A stretch of DNA of 64,000 bases from Candidatus Nomurabacteria bacterium RIFOXYD2_FULL_35_12 (GTDB lineage Bacteria > Patescibacteriota > Minisyncoccia > Phycocordibacterales > UBA9973): assembly GCA_001786365.1 (NCBI GenBank), contig MFWK01000022.1, positions 15,087 to 79,086 on the forward strand, written 5' to 3'. Shown piece by piece: positions 20,469-30,212 of the stretch (the first letter of the stretch is position 1; each line of letters begins with the position of its first letter). The translations under genes and the position numbers were made by a program. The notes under the pieces are model-generated. The model was not told the DNA's origin, searched no databases, and was given only the letters and a program-made list of their open reading frames with translations.

Positions 20469-20584
20469 CCCGTTAGAAGTCGCGGTCGCGAATTTTATTT
20501 GGGATAATTGTATAAATTGTTTATTAAATTAATTAGCGGGGATAGGTTTTTCAAAAGAAAGACCGCGACCTGCTTCTAAGCGGG
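20469..20584 (+). mobile_element. Family A element at the topA start codon
   Basis: ATGAAT-cccgttagaag...cttctaagcggg-ATGAAA. Confidence 0.85.
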
Positions 20585-22870
20585 ATGAAATTATTAATTG
20601 TTGAGTCACCATCAAAAGCAAAAACAATCGAGAAATACTTGTCCGCCGATTCAGGGGCGGATCGAGATCATTTTACTGTGCGTGCATCGGTGGGACACAT
20701 TCGCGATTTACCGAAATCAAATAAAATAGCAATAGACATAGAAGCAGGCTTTGTCCCCCATTATGAAATTTCAAAAGGAAAAGAAAAAATTGTTCACGAA
20801 TTGCAAAGCTTGGCTGAAAAAGCGACTGAAATATTACTAGCGACAGACCCCGACCGTGAAGGAGAAGCTATCGCTTGGCATATAGAAACTCTTTTAAAGG
20901 CTGATAAAAAAGTGGAAGCTCCTATTAAGCGAGTGACTTTTCATGAAATCACCAAAGAAGCAGTTCTCGAAGCCATAGAACATCCTCGCAAGATTGATAC
21001 AGCCTTACGCAAAGCCCAAGAAGCGCGTAGAGTCTTGGATCGTCTTGTAGGCTATGACCTTTCTGGTTTAATTTGGAAAAAGGTTCGTTATGGACTTTCT
21101 GCCGGGCGTGTTCAATCCCCTGCGCTTCGCATAATCATGGAACGTGAGCGTGAGATACGAGCATTCGTGCCGGAAAAATTCTGGAAGCTTTTAGGATTAT
21201 TTGAAACTGTTAAAAAAGAAAAAATAACTTTAGAATGTTCAGAAGAACCAAGAGACAGAAAACTTGTAGACAAAATACTTGAAAATGGTAAAAAGGGAAC
21301 TTGGATAATTAACAACGTAAAAGAATCCGAACAGAAACGTTCCCCTCGCGCACCTTTTACTACTTCTACCTTGCAACAAACTGCTAGCTCTCGACTCGGC
21401 TACTCGCCTTCCCGCACAATGCAGATAGCGCAGAAACTTTATGAAGCCGGACATATCACATATATGCGAACCGATAGCACAAACCTTTCCGCTATAGCGC
21501 AAGGACAAATTGTTTCTTTTATTAAAAATAAATATGGAAAAGAATATGCAGAAGGAAGAATTTATAAAACTAAATCAAAAAATGCGCAGGAAGCCCATGA
21601 AGCAATTCGCCCTACACATATAGACAAACTTATCGCTGGGACTGAAGACCAAGATAGGTTATATAGATTAATATGGGAACGAGCTATTTCTTCCCAAATG
21701 ACTGACGCAAAGTTATTAAAAACAAAAATTTCTGCAATTATTAAAGATCACGAAGATTTACCAAACTTTTCTGCTAACGGCTCCCGTTTACTTTTCCCTG
21801 GATGGCTCAAAGTAGATGCTGATGCTCGTGGCGATGATGTAGAATTACCTAAATGTAATGTCGGAGAAGAATTAAAACTGATAAATCTTTCAAGTGAAGA
21901 AAAATTTACTGAACCTCCAGATAGATATAGCGAAGCAGGCCTTGTCAAAGAATTAGAAGCTAGAGGAATCGGAAGACCATCCACCTATGCGTCTATTATG
22001 AGAACAATAGAAGACAGGGGCTATGTAAACAAAGAAGGAAAAACATTATTCCCTACTGATGTTGGCGAAGTTGTTTCTGATTTCTTAGAAAAACATTTTA
22101 TGAATTACATCTCCGATAGCTTTACGGCAGAGATGGAAGATGAACTCGATGAAATCTCTCGAGGTGAACGTGAATATGAGAAAACATTGAAAGATTTCTA
22201 TGGACCATTCTTAAAAGATGTAAAATCAAAAGAAAAACTAGAAAAAGCTACAAATTTGGGTGATGCTCCAGAAAATATAAAATGTCCAAAATGTAGATCA
22301 ACTATGATTATAAAACTCTCACGCGGAGGGAAATTTTACTCTTGTTCAAAATATCCGGATTGTGATGGAGCCTTGATGCTCGATGGAACAGAATTAAAAG
22401 GACCAGAAGAAACTGGAGAAAAATGTCCTGAATGTGGCGACCCCGAAGGAAAACAAACTTCCAACGGGGCAGGGGAAAAAGGAAAATCTAAATCAAAAGG
22501 AGGTGTGTTAGTTATTAGACAGAGACGAGATGGCACCGGTACTTTTATTTCTTGCTCGCGTTATCCAAAATGTAAATTTATAAAAAGTGACAAAGCAGAC
22601 GAAGAAAAAAAGAAAACGGGTGTACTTTGCCCTATTTGTAAAACTGGAGACATCAGCGAGCGTCGTGGACGATTCGGAATTTTTTATTCCTGTTCAAATT
22701 ATCCAAAATGCAAATTTGCCATAAAAGCAAAACCAACAGGTAAAATATGTAAAGAATGCGGAAGCTTGATGATGGAAGGCACAAAAACCATTCCCGAAAG
22801 ATGCAGTAATAAATCTTGCCCTCAACACAATCCACATAAATTACTCAAGAAAGGTTTAAGCATTGAGTAA
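20585..22870 (+). CDS. topA: DNA topoisomerase I with C-terminal Zn ribbons
   Basis: IVESPSKAK, DPDREGEAI, SAGRVQS, ITYMRTDS, AHEAIRPT. Confidence 0.98.
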   Translation: MKLLIVESPSKAKTIEKYLSADSGADRDHFTVRASVGHIRDLPKSNKIAIDIEAGFVPHYEISKGKEKIVHELQSLAEKATEILLATDPDREGEAIAWHIETLLKADKKVEAPIKRVTFHEITKEAVLEAIEHPRKIDTALRKAQEARRVLDRLVGYDLSGLIWKKVRYGLSAGRVQSPALRIIMEREREIRAFVPEKFWKLLGLFETVKKEKITLECSEEPRDRKLVDKILENGKKGTWIINNVKESEQKRSPRAPFTTSTLQQTASSRLGYSPSRTMQIAQKLYEAGHITYMRTDSTNLSAIAQGQIVSFIKNKYGKEYAEGRIYKTKSKNAQEAHEAIRPTHIDKLIAGTEDQDRLYRLIWERAISSQMTDAKLLKTKISAIIKDHEDLPNFSANGSRLLFPGWLKVDADARGDDVELPKCNVGEELKLINLSSEEKFTEPPDRYSEAGLVKELEARGIGRPSTYASIMRTIEDRGYVNKEGKTLFPTDVGEVVSDFLEKHFMNYISDSFTAEMEDELDEISRGEREYEKTLKDFYGPFLKDVKSKEKLEKATNLGDAPENIKCPKCRSTMIIKLSRGGKFYSCSKYPDCDGALMLDGTELKGPEETGEKCPECGDPEGKQTSNGAGEKGKSKSKGGVLVIRQRRDGTGTFISCSRYPKCKFIKSDKADEEKKKTGVLCPICKTGDISERRGRFGIFYSCSNYPKCKFAIKAKPTGKICKECGSLMMEGTKTIPERCSNKSCPQHNPHKLLKKGLSIE
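20642..20661. repeat. Family C TCCGCC...GGCGGA hairpin, in frame in topA (SADSGAD)
   Basis: tccgcc-gattcagg-ggcgga. Confidence 0.6.
22441..22473 (+). mobile_element. Family E element, in frame in topA (PEGKQTSNGAG)
   Basis: ccccgaa-ggaa..ttcc-aacggggcagg. Confidence 0.75.
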
Positions 22871-22924
22871 AACTCAATATTAAAAAAAATTGAAGCTTAG
22901 CCCACCTTGGGCTATAATGCCTTT

Positions 22925-24394
22925 ATGGCAAATGTTAAGGAAGTAATAAACCTTATTTCTGGAGGAATAAGTAAAAAGGAGAAAGAACTTATAGAAAAAG
23001 CCTATAAATATGCAGAAGATGCGCATGAAGGTCAAAAAAGATTAAGCGGAGATCCATATTTTATTCACCCCTTTGAAACTGCAAAGATTTTAGCTTCACT
23101 CGGAATGGATACCCAAACTATCGTGGGTGGATTTTTACATGATATTTTAGAGGATACAAAAATTACAGAGAAAAATGTAGAAGAAGAATTTGGTTCTGAA
23201 GTATTATTTTTGGTTAAAGGCGCGACAAATTTAGGTAAATTAAAATATCGAGGACGAGAAAGATATGTAGAAAGTTTGAGAAAATTTTTCTTTGCGATGG
23301 CAAAAGATCTACGTGTAGTTATAATAAAATTTGCAGACAGACTTCATAATTTAAGAACATTACAATATCAAAGAGAAGACAAAAGGAAAAGAATTGCCAT
23401 AGAATCTATTGAAGTTTATGCTCCACTTGCAAACCGTCTTGGAATGGGAAAACTAAAAGGCCAATTAGAAGATGCCGCTTTTCCATATGCTTATCCAAAA
23501 GAATATGCGCAAACTGAAGAAATAATAAAAGAAAAAAAAGATTTATATAAAAAAAATCTATCTGAAATACAAAAACAACTTGAAAAAGAACTACTAAAAA
23601 ATAAAGTGAAAATAATTGAGGTAGACCACAGAATGAAACGCAAATATAGTTTATGGAAAAAACTTGTAAAACGTGAAATGGATTTAGAGAAAGTATATGA
23701 CATAATTGCCTTACGTATCGTGCTCGAAACTGTGGAAGACTGTTATAAAGTGCTCGGAATAATTCATTCTATTTGGAATCCATTACCCGGAAGAATAAAA
23801 GATTATATAGCTCTTCCAAAGCCAAATGGCTATCGTTCCATTCACACTACAATCTTTACCGGTTCAGGTGATGCGGCTGAAATCCAAATAAGAACGAAAG
23901 AAATGCATGCCGAAGCGGCGCATGGCATTGTCGCGCATTTTGCTTACAAAGAAGATAAAGAAAAAAAAGTTAAAAACGACAAATTAAAATTTAAGTGGCT
24001 TGAAGAACTAAAAGAAATAAACTATACACCGAGTGAACCTCAAAAATTTCTAGAGCATTTAAAAACAGATTTCTTTAATGACCGTATTTTTGTCTTTACT
24101 CCCGAAGGAGATGTCATAGATCTACCTGAAGATTCGAGTCCTATAGATTTTGCTTATTCAATACATTCAGCTATTGGAGACCATATTTCTGGCGCAAAAA
24201 TTAATGGAAAGATGAGTCAAATTTATTCAAAATTAAAAAATAGAGATATTGTGGAAATAATTAAGAAAAAAGATGCTCACCCATCAGGAAAATGGCTCGA
24301 ATATGTGAAAACAACCATTGCAAAAAAACATATAAAGTCATATTTAGAAAAAAATAATCTAGCAAACAAGCTTAAATCTTTTGGTAAATCTTAA
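22925..24394 (+). CDS. rel: RelA/SpoT homolog (HD, SYNTH, TGS; C-terminally shortened)
   Basis: LHDILEDT, ADRLHN, KDYIALPKPNGYRSIH, EIQIRT, DFAYSIH. Confidence 0.92.
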   Translation: MANVKEVINLISGGISKKEKELIEKAYKYAEDAHEGQKRLSGDPYFIHPFETAKILASLGMDTQTIVGGFLHDILEDTKITEKNVEEEFGSEVLFLVKGATNLGKLKYRGRERYVESLRKFFFAMAKDLRVVIIKFADRLHNLRTLQYQREDKRKRIAIESIEVYAPLANRLGMGKLKGQLEDAAFPYAYPKEYAQTEEIIKEKKDLYKKNLSEIQKQLEKELLKNKVKIIEVDHRMKRKYSLWKKLVKREMDLEKVYDIIALRIVLETVEDCYKVLGIIHSIWNPLPGRIKDYIALPKPNGYRSIHTTIFTGSGDAAEIQIRTKEMHAEAAHGIVAHFAYKEDKEKKVKNDKLKFKWLEELKEINYTPSEPQKFLEHLKTDFFNDRIFVFTPEGDVIDLPEDSSPIDFAYSIHSAIGDHISGAKINGKMSQIYSKLKNRDIVEIIKKKDAHPSGKWLEYVKTTIAKKHIKSYLEKNNLANKLKSFGKS

Positions 24395-24395
24395 A

Positions 24396-25391
24396 CTATA
24401 AACTGAAATTTGAGATGTTGTATAAATCTACATCATCTTCTTTTTTTTCTTCATTAGATCTGTCGTCTAAAAGTGCATTTTCTGTTTTTTGATCAGTTTC
24501 ATTTACTGCCTGTGAAGATAAATTTGCAATATGGTTTTCCAACATGTCATTTGGCTTTTTTTCACTATTTGATTTTTGTATTAAATCTAAAATAGCGCGA
24601 AGGTCTTCAGTAGAAAAATAATCGATTTTAATTTGCCCGCCAAGCTCTTTTCTATCTATATGCACTCTGGTGCCCAATTTTTCTTGAAATTCTTCTTCTA
24701 ATTCTACTATTTCTGGATCCGGCATAAATTCTTTCTTGCGAACTCTATCAAAAGCTATTTTTCTAGCCAACCTCTCTGCTTCTCTAACTGTAATTTTCTT
24801 AAAAACAATTTCTTTAAAGAGCACTAATTGCTCTTCGGGATGATCAGCGAGCATTAAAATAGGCCTAGTGTGACCTTCGGTAATCTTGCCATCTCTTAGA
24901 CCAGTCAAAATTTCTTCCGGTAAAGTCAAAATACGCAAGGAATTTGAAACATATTCCCTACTTCTACCCATTTTCTTCGCAATTTCATTATGCGTAAACT
25001 TAAACTCGCTAGCTAAGCGAAAAAAAGCTCGAGCACGATCAACTACATTTAAATCTTCTCGTTGTAAATTTTCAATAATAGCTAATTCTAGCTTCATTAT
25101 AGCTGTATCTCCAGTTCGGATTATCACAGGCACTTGTGAGACATGAGCCAAAATAGCTGCACGAAGTCTACGTTCTCCGGCAATGAGTTCATATTCAGTA
25201 AGTAAACCACCTCCTTCTTTTTCCACTTCTACTCTAGAAACTGTGAGGGGTTGGAGCACTCCGTATTGTTTTATGGAATCCGCTAAATCTTGTAAACGTA
25301 CTTCATCAAAATCCCGTCTAGGCTGATAAGGGTTTGGTTTTATTTTATCGGTGTCAACCCAAAAAATTGAATTTGAATATAAATTAGACAT
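24396..25391 (-). CDS. parB: ParB/Spo0J partition protein
   Basis: PNPYQPRR, GVLQP, IAGERRLRA, IENLQREDL, HTH. Confidence 0.95.
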   Translation of the reverse strand: MSNLYSNSIFWVDTDKIKPNPYQPRRDFDEVRLQDLADSIKQYGVLQPLTVSRVEVEKEGGGLLTEYELIAGERRLRAAILAHVSQVPVIIRTGDTAIMKLELAIIENLQREDLNVVDRARAFFRLASEFKFTHNEIAKKMGRSREYVSNSLRILTLPEEILTGLRDGKITEGHTRPILMLADHPEEQLVLFKEIVFKKITVREAERLARKIAFDRVRKKEFMPDPEIVELEEEFQEKLGTRVHIDRKELGGQIKIDYFSTEDLRAILDLIQKSNSEKKPNDMLENHIANLSSQAVNETDQKTENALLDDRSNEEKKEDDVDLYNISNFSL

Positions 25392-25465
25392 ACAATTATT
25401 TTAGCATATTTTTTTTATTTGCAATAATTGATTTCAGCTTGATTTTCTAGTATATTAAATAAATT

Positions 25466-25549
25466 GCCGGGGTGGCGAAATTGGTAACCGCAATTGACTC
25501 AAAATCAATCGGGGGCAACCCCTTGGGAGTTCGAGTCTCCCCCCCGGCA
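25466..25549 (+). tRNA. tRNA-Leu(CAA)
   Basis: GCCGGGG/CCCCGGC; ATTGA-CTCAAAA-TCAAT; long variable arm; TTCGAGT. Confidence 0.94.
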
Positions 25550-25586
25550 CTAAGTTGGTATTTATAACAAAAAAAATAAGAAGGAC

Positions 25587-25629
25587 TTATCCACAGCCTA
25601 TTTGCATTATCTCATATATGAGATATACT
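25587..25629 (+). promoter_or_regulatory. DnaA box plus sigma70 promoter with an 18-bp palindromic operator
   Basis: TTATCCACA 25587-95; TTGCAT 25602-07; TATACT 25624-29; TATCTCATA/TATGAGATA 25608-25. Confidence 0.7.
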
Positions 25630-25636
25630 ATTGAAT

Positions 25637-27154
25637 ATGAAAAAAGAGACTGAACAACAAAAGATAGGCTACTTTATAAAAGAGCTCCGCGAGCATCGCG
25701 GAATGACTCAAGAAGAATTTGCTAAAGCACTCAATACTTCTCAAAGTTCTGTCCCCCGAATGGAAAAAGGAGAACAAAATTTCACCACTGAATTACTTTT
25801 TAAAATAAGCAACGTCCTAAACCATCAAATAGTTTCTATAAATGATTCTATTGATTTCCAAGTAAATGGAGGAAAGAAATTAAGTGGAACCATAAAAACA
25901 AACTTTTCAAAAAATGGTTCAGTGGGACTTTTGTGTGCATCTTTATTAAATAGTGGAATAACGACTCTACATGGCATCGCACGAATTGAAGAAGTTTATC
26001 GAGTAATTGAAATTTTAGAAAGTATTGGAGTTACCATCAAATGGCTCGATCATAATACTTTAACTATAACGCCTCCAAAAAAATTCACTCTAGAAAATAT
26101 AAATATAGAATCAGCAATAAAGACACGTTCAGTTGTTATGCTAATAGGACCGCTCATTCACAAATTATCATCTTTCTCTATTCCCCATCCACATGGCTGT
26201 AATCTAGGTAGACGCACTATCGCTGCTCATATTTATGCTTTAGAAAATTTCGGAGTAAAGATAAAAACAACTAGTGTAAATTATGAAATTAAAGCCAAAA
26301 AATTAAAACCAACAGAGATAGTAATGTACGAATCCGGAGACACAGCCTGCGAAAATGTTTTGACGGCTTCTGCCCTTATCCCTGGTATCACGAAAATAAA
26401 TTTTGCTAGTGCAAATTATATGGTGCAGGAAGTATGCTTTTTCCTTGAAGCTTTGGGTGTAAAGATTGATGGCATCGGTACTGCATCACTAACCATTCAT
26501 GGAATTTCTGAAATAAATAAAAATATTGAATATTGGAATAGTGAAGACCCAATAGAATCAATGATGTTTATTTCTGCCGGAATTATTACTGACTCAAAAA
26601 TCACAATAACACGCTCCCCGATTGATTTCCTATCTCTTGAATTAGAAAAATTAAAGAGAATGAATTTGAAATATAAACTTTCAAAAGTCTATTATTCATA
26701 CAACGGTAGAACAAGACTTATAGATATAGAAATCTTTCCAAGTAAATTAAAAGCGTTAAATGACAAACTTCACTCAAATCCTTATCCTGGAATAAATATA
26801 GACAATTTACCCTTTTTTGTACCGATTGCCATAAAAGCCAAAGGTCAAACAATGATTCACGACTGGGTTTATGAAAATAGAGCAATATATTTAACTGAAT
26901 TGAACCGTCTAGGAGCAGATATAACTCTAGCTGACCCGCATCGCCTCTATATCAATGGTGGAACATCACTAAAGGCAGCACAAATTGTTTGTCCTCCAGC
27001 CCTACGCCCATCTATGGTTATACTCATCTCAATGCTTGGAGCTAGTGGAACCTCAATTCTACGAAATGTTTATATGATAAATCGCGGATATGAAGAGATA
27101 GCTGGACGTTTAAATTCTATTGGTGCTGACATAAAAATAATCAAGGGGAATTAA
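25637..27154 (+). CDS. murA: XRE-HTH fused UDP-N-acetylglucosamine 1-carboxyvinyltransferase
   Basis: N-terminal LREHRGMTQEEFAKALNTSQS..RMEKG HTH; SKN, GCNLG.R (catalytic Cys), PYPG, ENR, RGYE. Confidence 0.93.
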   Translation: MKKETEQQKIGYFIKELREHRGMTQEEFAKALNTSQSSVPRMEKGEQNFTTELLFKISNVLNHQIVSINDSIDFQVNGGKKLSGTIKTNFSKNGSVGLLCASLLNSGITTLHGIARIEEVYRVIEILESIGVTIKWLDHNTLTITPPKKFTLENINIESAIKTRSVVMLIGPLIHKLSSFSIPHPHGCNLGRRTIAAHIYALENFGVKIKTTSVNYEIKAKKLKPTEIVMYESGDTACENVLTASALIPGITKINFASANYMVQEVCFFLEALGVKIDGIGTASLTIHGISEINKNIEYWNSEDPIESMMFISAGIITDSKITITRSPIDFLSLELEKLKRMNLKYKLSKVYYSYNGRTRLIDIEIFPSKLKALNDKLHSNPYPGINIDNLPFFVPIAIKAKGQTMIHDWVYENRAIYLTELNRLGADITLADPHRLYINGGTSLKAAQIVCPPALRPSMVILISMLGASGTSILRNVYMINRGYEEIAGRLNSIGADIKIIKGN

Positions 27155-28003
27155 ATGCAAAAAGAAAAAATTATCATCATTCTAGGCCAAACTGCCACTG
27201 GTAAAAGTAATTTGGCTGTAAAAATCGCCAAAAAAATAAACGGAGAAATTATCTCCGCAGACTCAAGACAAGTCTATGTAGGGCTTGATATAGGCACCGG
27301 CAAAATTACACAAAAAGAAATGAAAGGAATTCCCCATCATTTAATTGATATCGTAAAACCAAAAAATAAATTTACAGTCGCAGAGTATAAAAAATTAGCA
27401 GAAGAAAAAATAAAAGAAATAATTTCTCGTGATAAAACACCAATTATCTGCGGAGGCACAGGATTCTATATTGATGCTATCACCAAAGGTGTCATTTTTC
27501 CGAAAGTTCCACCAAATTCTAAATTAAGAAAAATTTTAGAGAAAAAATCTACAGAACAATTATTAAAAATATTAAAAAAATTAGATCCCACAAGAGCAAA
27601 AAATATAGATTCAAAAAATAAAGTCAGACTAATTAGGGCAATTGAAATAGCTAAAGCTCTCGGTAAAGTCCCGAAAATTACAGCGGTGAAACCGCTGTAT
27701 AAATTTATAAAGATTGGTTTATATCTGCCACAAGATAAATTAAAGAAGAAAGTAGAAAAAAGAGTTAAAAAAATGTTTACCGATGGTTTACTGAATGAAA
27801 TTAAAAAGCTTAAAAAAGCCAGTATATCCCAAAAAAGGCTTTCTGAGCTAGGTTTTGAATATAACAATCCTACTTATGAAAAAGTAGTCAGAGGGACTCT
27901 ACAATATGCCAAGCACCAGATGCAATGGTTTAAACGCGATAAAGAAATAAAATGGTTTGATGCGTCAAAGAAAATATTTGACATAATTATGATGAAGTTG
28001 TAA
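27155..28003 (+). CDS. miaA: tRNA dimethylallyltransferase
   Basis: GQTATGKS, ISADSRQVY, DIGTGK, GGTGFY, YAKHQ.QWF. Confidence 0.96.
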   Translation: MQKEKIIIILGQTATGKSNLAVKIAKKINGEIISADSRQVYVGLDIGTGKITQKEMKGIPHHLIDIVKPKNKFTVAEYKKLAEEKIKEIISRDKTPIICGGTGFYIDAITKGVIFPKVPPNSKLRKILEKKSTEQLLKILKKLDPTRAKNIDSKNKVRLIRAIEIAKALGKVPKITAVKPLYKFIKIGLYLPQDKLKKKVEKRVKKMFTDGLLNEIKKLKKASISQKRLSELGFEYNNPTYEKVVRGTLQYAKHQMQWFKRDKEIKWFDASKKIFDIIMMKL

Positions 28004-28099
28004 GGTTTCCAAAGAACCAAACGCGTGAAAACGGATACGTCCGACACGCATGCACATAACAACGCCGCCTTAAAAACGGCACAATAGAGGAGATTGAAA

Positions 28100-28795
28100 A
28101 TGGACACGTCCATCAATCATCAAGATAGTTGCAAAGAAGGATTGGGAGAACAACAACGAAACAAGAGAACCATCATAACGACTGTCCTTGTAGAGGACTT
28201 TCTTTTTGACGGAGGACAAGGAGTCGATGCGGATCGTCTGTCACCAGAAACGAAAATTAAGGTGATCAAACGTGTTCTCGCAGAATCGAAGCCTTATCTC
28301 AAATACATGTTCGCTCACACACTTCGTGACGACCCCACATTGCTCAAAGCAGTTGGCGGGGATTGGAACGAGAGAAGCATGTGTTCTAATGTGTGGAACT
28401 CAGGAGTAGACTTGTGCTGGGAGACGAGAATTGGCTATCTGTTTGGATCCAAACGACAATCCCTGTATTCACCGGAGATGGCTCAAAAGACACCAGATCG
28501 AGATGAGTGGGTTAAGTCGCTGTTCTTCATCTCAGACAAGGGCTGTCTCGTTGAGGTAAAGCTCGTGTCAAAGATATCAAAAGGATTCCTCATTGAATAT
28601 CCATGCTTGATGGAGGCTAAAATGCTCACTGATGAGAGGCTCACCGAGCTTTTTGTTAGTCACGAGTTCTTTTTCCAGGGTTTACTGGAATGCATCGAAG
28701 CCCACTACACCGCTCGTATAAGTGACCAGGAAGCTCGAGCGAATAACATGCGCCGAAACAGAACGAACATCAGGAGGATTCTTTCTCTGGTTTAA
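28100..28795 (+). CDS. Hypothetical orphan protein, more GC-rich than its flanks
   Basis: Long ORF with an AGAGGAG SD and a downstream hairpin. Confidence 0.6.
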   Translation: MDTSINHQDSCKEGLGEQQRNKRTIITTVLVEDFLFDGGQGVDADRLSPETKIKVIKRVLAESKPYLKYMFAHTLRDDPTLLKAVGGDWNERSMCSNVWNSGVDLCWETRIGYLFGSKRQSLYSPEMAQKTPDRDEWVKSLFFISDKGCLVEVKLVSKISKGFLIEYPCLMEAKMLTDERLTELFVSHEFFFQGLLECIEAHYTARISDQEARANNMRRNRTNIRRILSLV

Positions 28796-28800
28796 TCAGT

Positions 28801-28848
28801 AAAAAACCGCTCAACAACTTAGACCGTTGGAGGGCGGTCTTTGTTTTT
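28801..28848. terminator. Probable bidirectional intrinsic terminator
   Basis: aaaaaaccgctc...gggcggtctttgttttt between convergent genes. Confidence 0.55.
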
Positions 28849-30212
28849 TACCCAAAATAAACGTTTTTTATATTTACGAATTCCTTGATTCCATAAGTTC
28901 CGAGTTCACGGCCGTAGCCAGACTTTTTAATGCCTCCAAATGGCGCTCGCGGATCAGACTTAACCATATCATTCACACACACATTCCCCGCTTCAATTTG
29001 CGGAATAATTCGTTTTGCTTTTTTCATATCGGAAGTAAAAATAGACGCACCTAAGCCATATCTAGTGTCATTAGCTATTTGTATCGCCTCTTTTTCATTT
29101 TTAAAAGAAATAATCGGCATAACTGGACCAAAAACTTCCTCATCATAAACAGGCATACCCTTTTTCACATTCGTCATGACAACAGGCGAATAGAAATACC
29201 CTTTTTTATTTTTTTGAACGCCTTTATAAACAATTTTTGCTCCGAGGGATACTGATTTTTCTACTTGTTTTTCTACATCCAGTAAAATTTGTTCTGTTGC
29301 CAAAGGCCCTATGTCTATCTTTGAGTCACTAGGATCACCAATTGATAATTTTGAAAGTTCTTTTACTACATTTTTTATAAAAATATCTTTTATACTCTCC
29401 TCGACAATAAAACGTTTAGCAGAAATACAACTTTGCCCAACATTTCCTTGCAACCTTGCTGTGACAGCGATTTTCGCTGCTTCATCGATGTCCGCATCAG
29501 CAAAAACAATAAATGGATCACTACCACCGAGTTCAAGCACCACTTTTTTTATTTCCGCCCCAGCGACACTCGCAACCTCGCTTCCCGCTTTCTCACTGCC
29601 CGTCAAAGTAACTGCAGAAATTCTATTATCACGAATTAAATCAGCAACTCGAGACGACGAAAGAAATAAATTTTGGAATACGCCCTCGGGGAAACCACAA
29701 GCTCTAAATGATTCTTCTATTGCTTCCGCGCACTGTGGCACATTTGAAGCATGTTTAAGAAGCCCGACATTTCCTGCCATTAGTGCTGGTACAGCAAAAC
29801 GATAAACTTGCCAAAAAGGAAAATTCCAAGGCATTATTGCCAAAACTATTCCGAGCGGATCAAATTCCACATATTGTTCTTTCTTGCCCGTATCTAATTT
29901 TTCATTCTTTAAGATAATTTCCGCATTATCAGCATAATAATCACACAAAAGCCCGCATTTCTTTATGCCAAATGGACCAGACTTCATGGTCTTGCCCATT
30001 TCAAGCATTTGTAATTTTGAAAACTCTTCCGCATGGTTATTTAAATATTCTCCCAGCTTGTGCATTAAGGTAGCGCGCTCTTTAAAAGAAGTTCTCTTCC
30101 AAGACTCAAAAGCTTTCTTTGCTAGAGAAAGTTTCTTTTCTAATTCTTTTTCAGAAACTTCTTTAAAACTTTTTAAAACTTCTTCTGTTGCTGGATTTTT
30201 TGATTGAATCAT
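28848..30212 (-). CDS. NAD(P)-dependent succinate-semialdehyde dehydrogenase-type ALDH
   Basis: MPWNFPFWQ, LKHASNVP, LELGGSDP, GQSC, EEVFGP, PFGGIKKSGYGREL. Confidence 0.92.
   Translation of the reverse strand: MIQSKNPATEEVLKSFKEVSEKELEKKLSLAKKAFESWKRTSFKERATLMHKLGEYLNNHAEEFSKLQMLEMGKTMKSGPFGIKKCGLLCDYYADNAEIILKNEKLDTGKKEQYVEFDPLGIVLAIMPWNFPFWQVYRFAVPALMAGNVGLLKHASNVPQCAEAIEESFRACGFPEGVFQNLFLSSSRVADLIRDNRISAVTLTGSEKAGSEVASVAGAEIKKVVLELGGSDPFIVFADADIDEAAKIAVTARLQGNVGQSCISAKRFIVEESIKDIFIKNVVKELSKLSIGDPSDSKIDIGPLATEQILLDVEKQVEKSVSLGAKIVYKGVQKNKKGYFYSPVVMTNVKKGMPVYDEEVFGPVMPIISFKNEKEAIQIANDTRYGLGASIFTSDMKKAKRIIPQIEAGNVCVNDMVKSDPRAPFGGIKKSGYGRELGTYGIKEFVNIKNVYFG

Noticed and set aside
25550-25630. 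Replication origin near parB
   Set aside because: Only one DnaA box, short spacer, no dnaA and no DUE
28004-28095. Riboswitch upstream of the orphan ORF
   Set aside because: Two small hairpins, but no recognisable aptamer consensus
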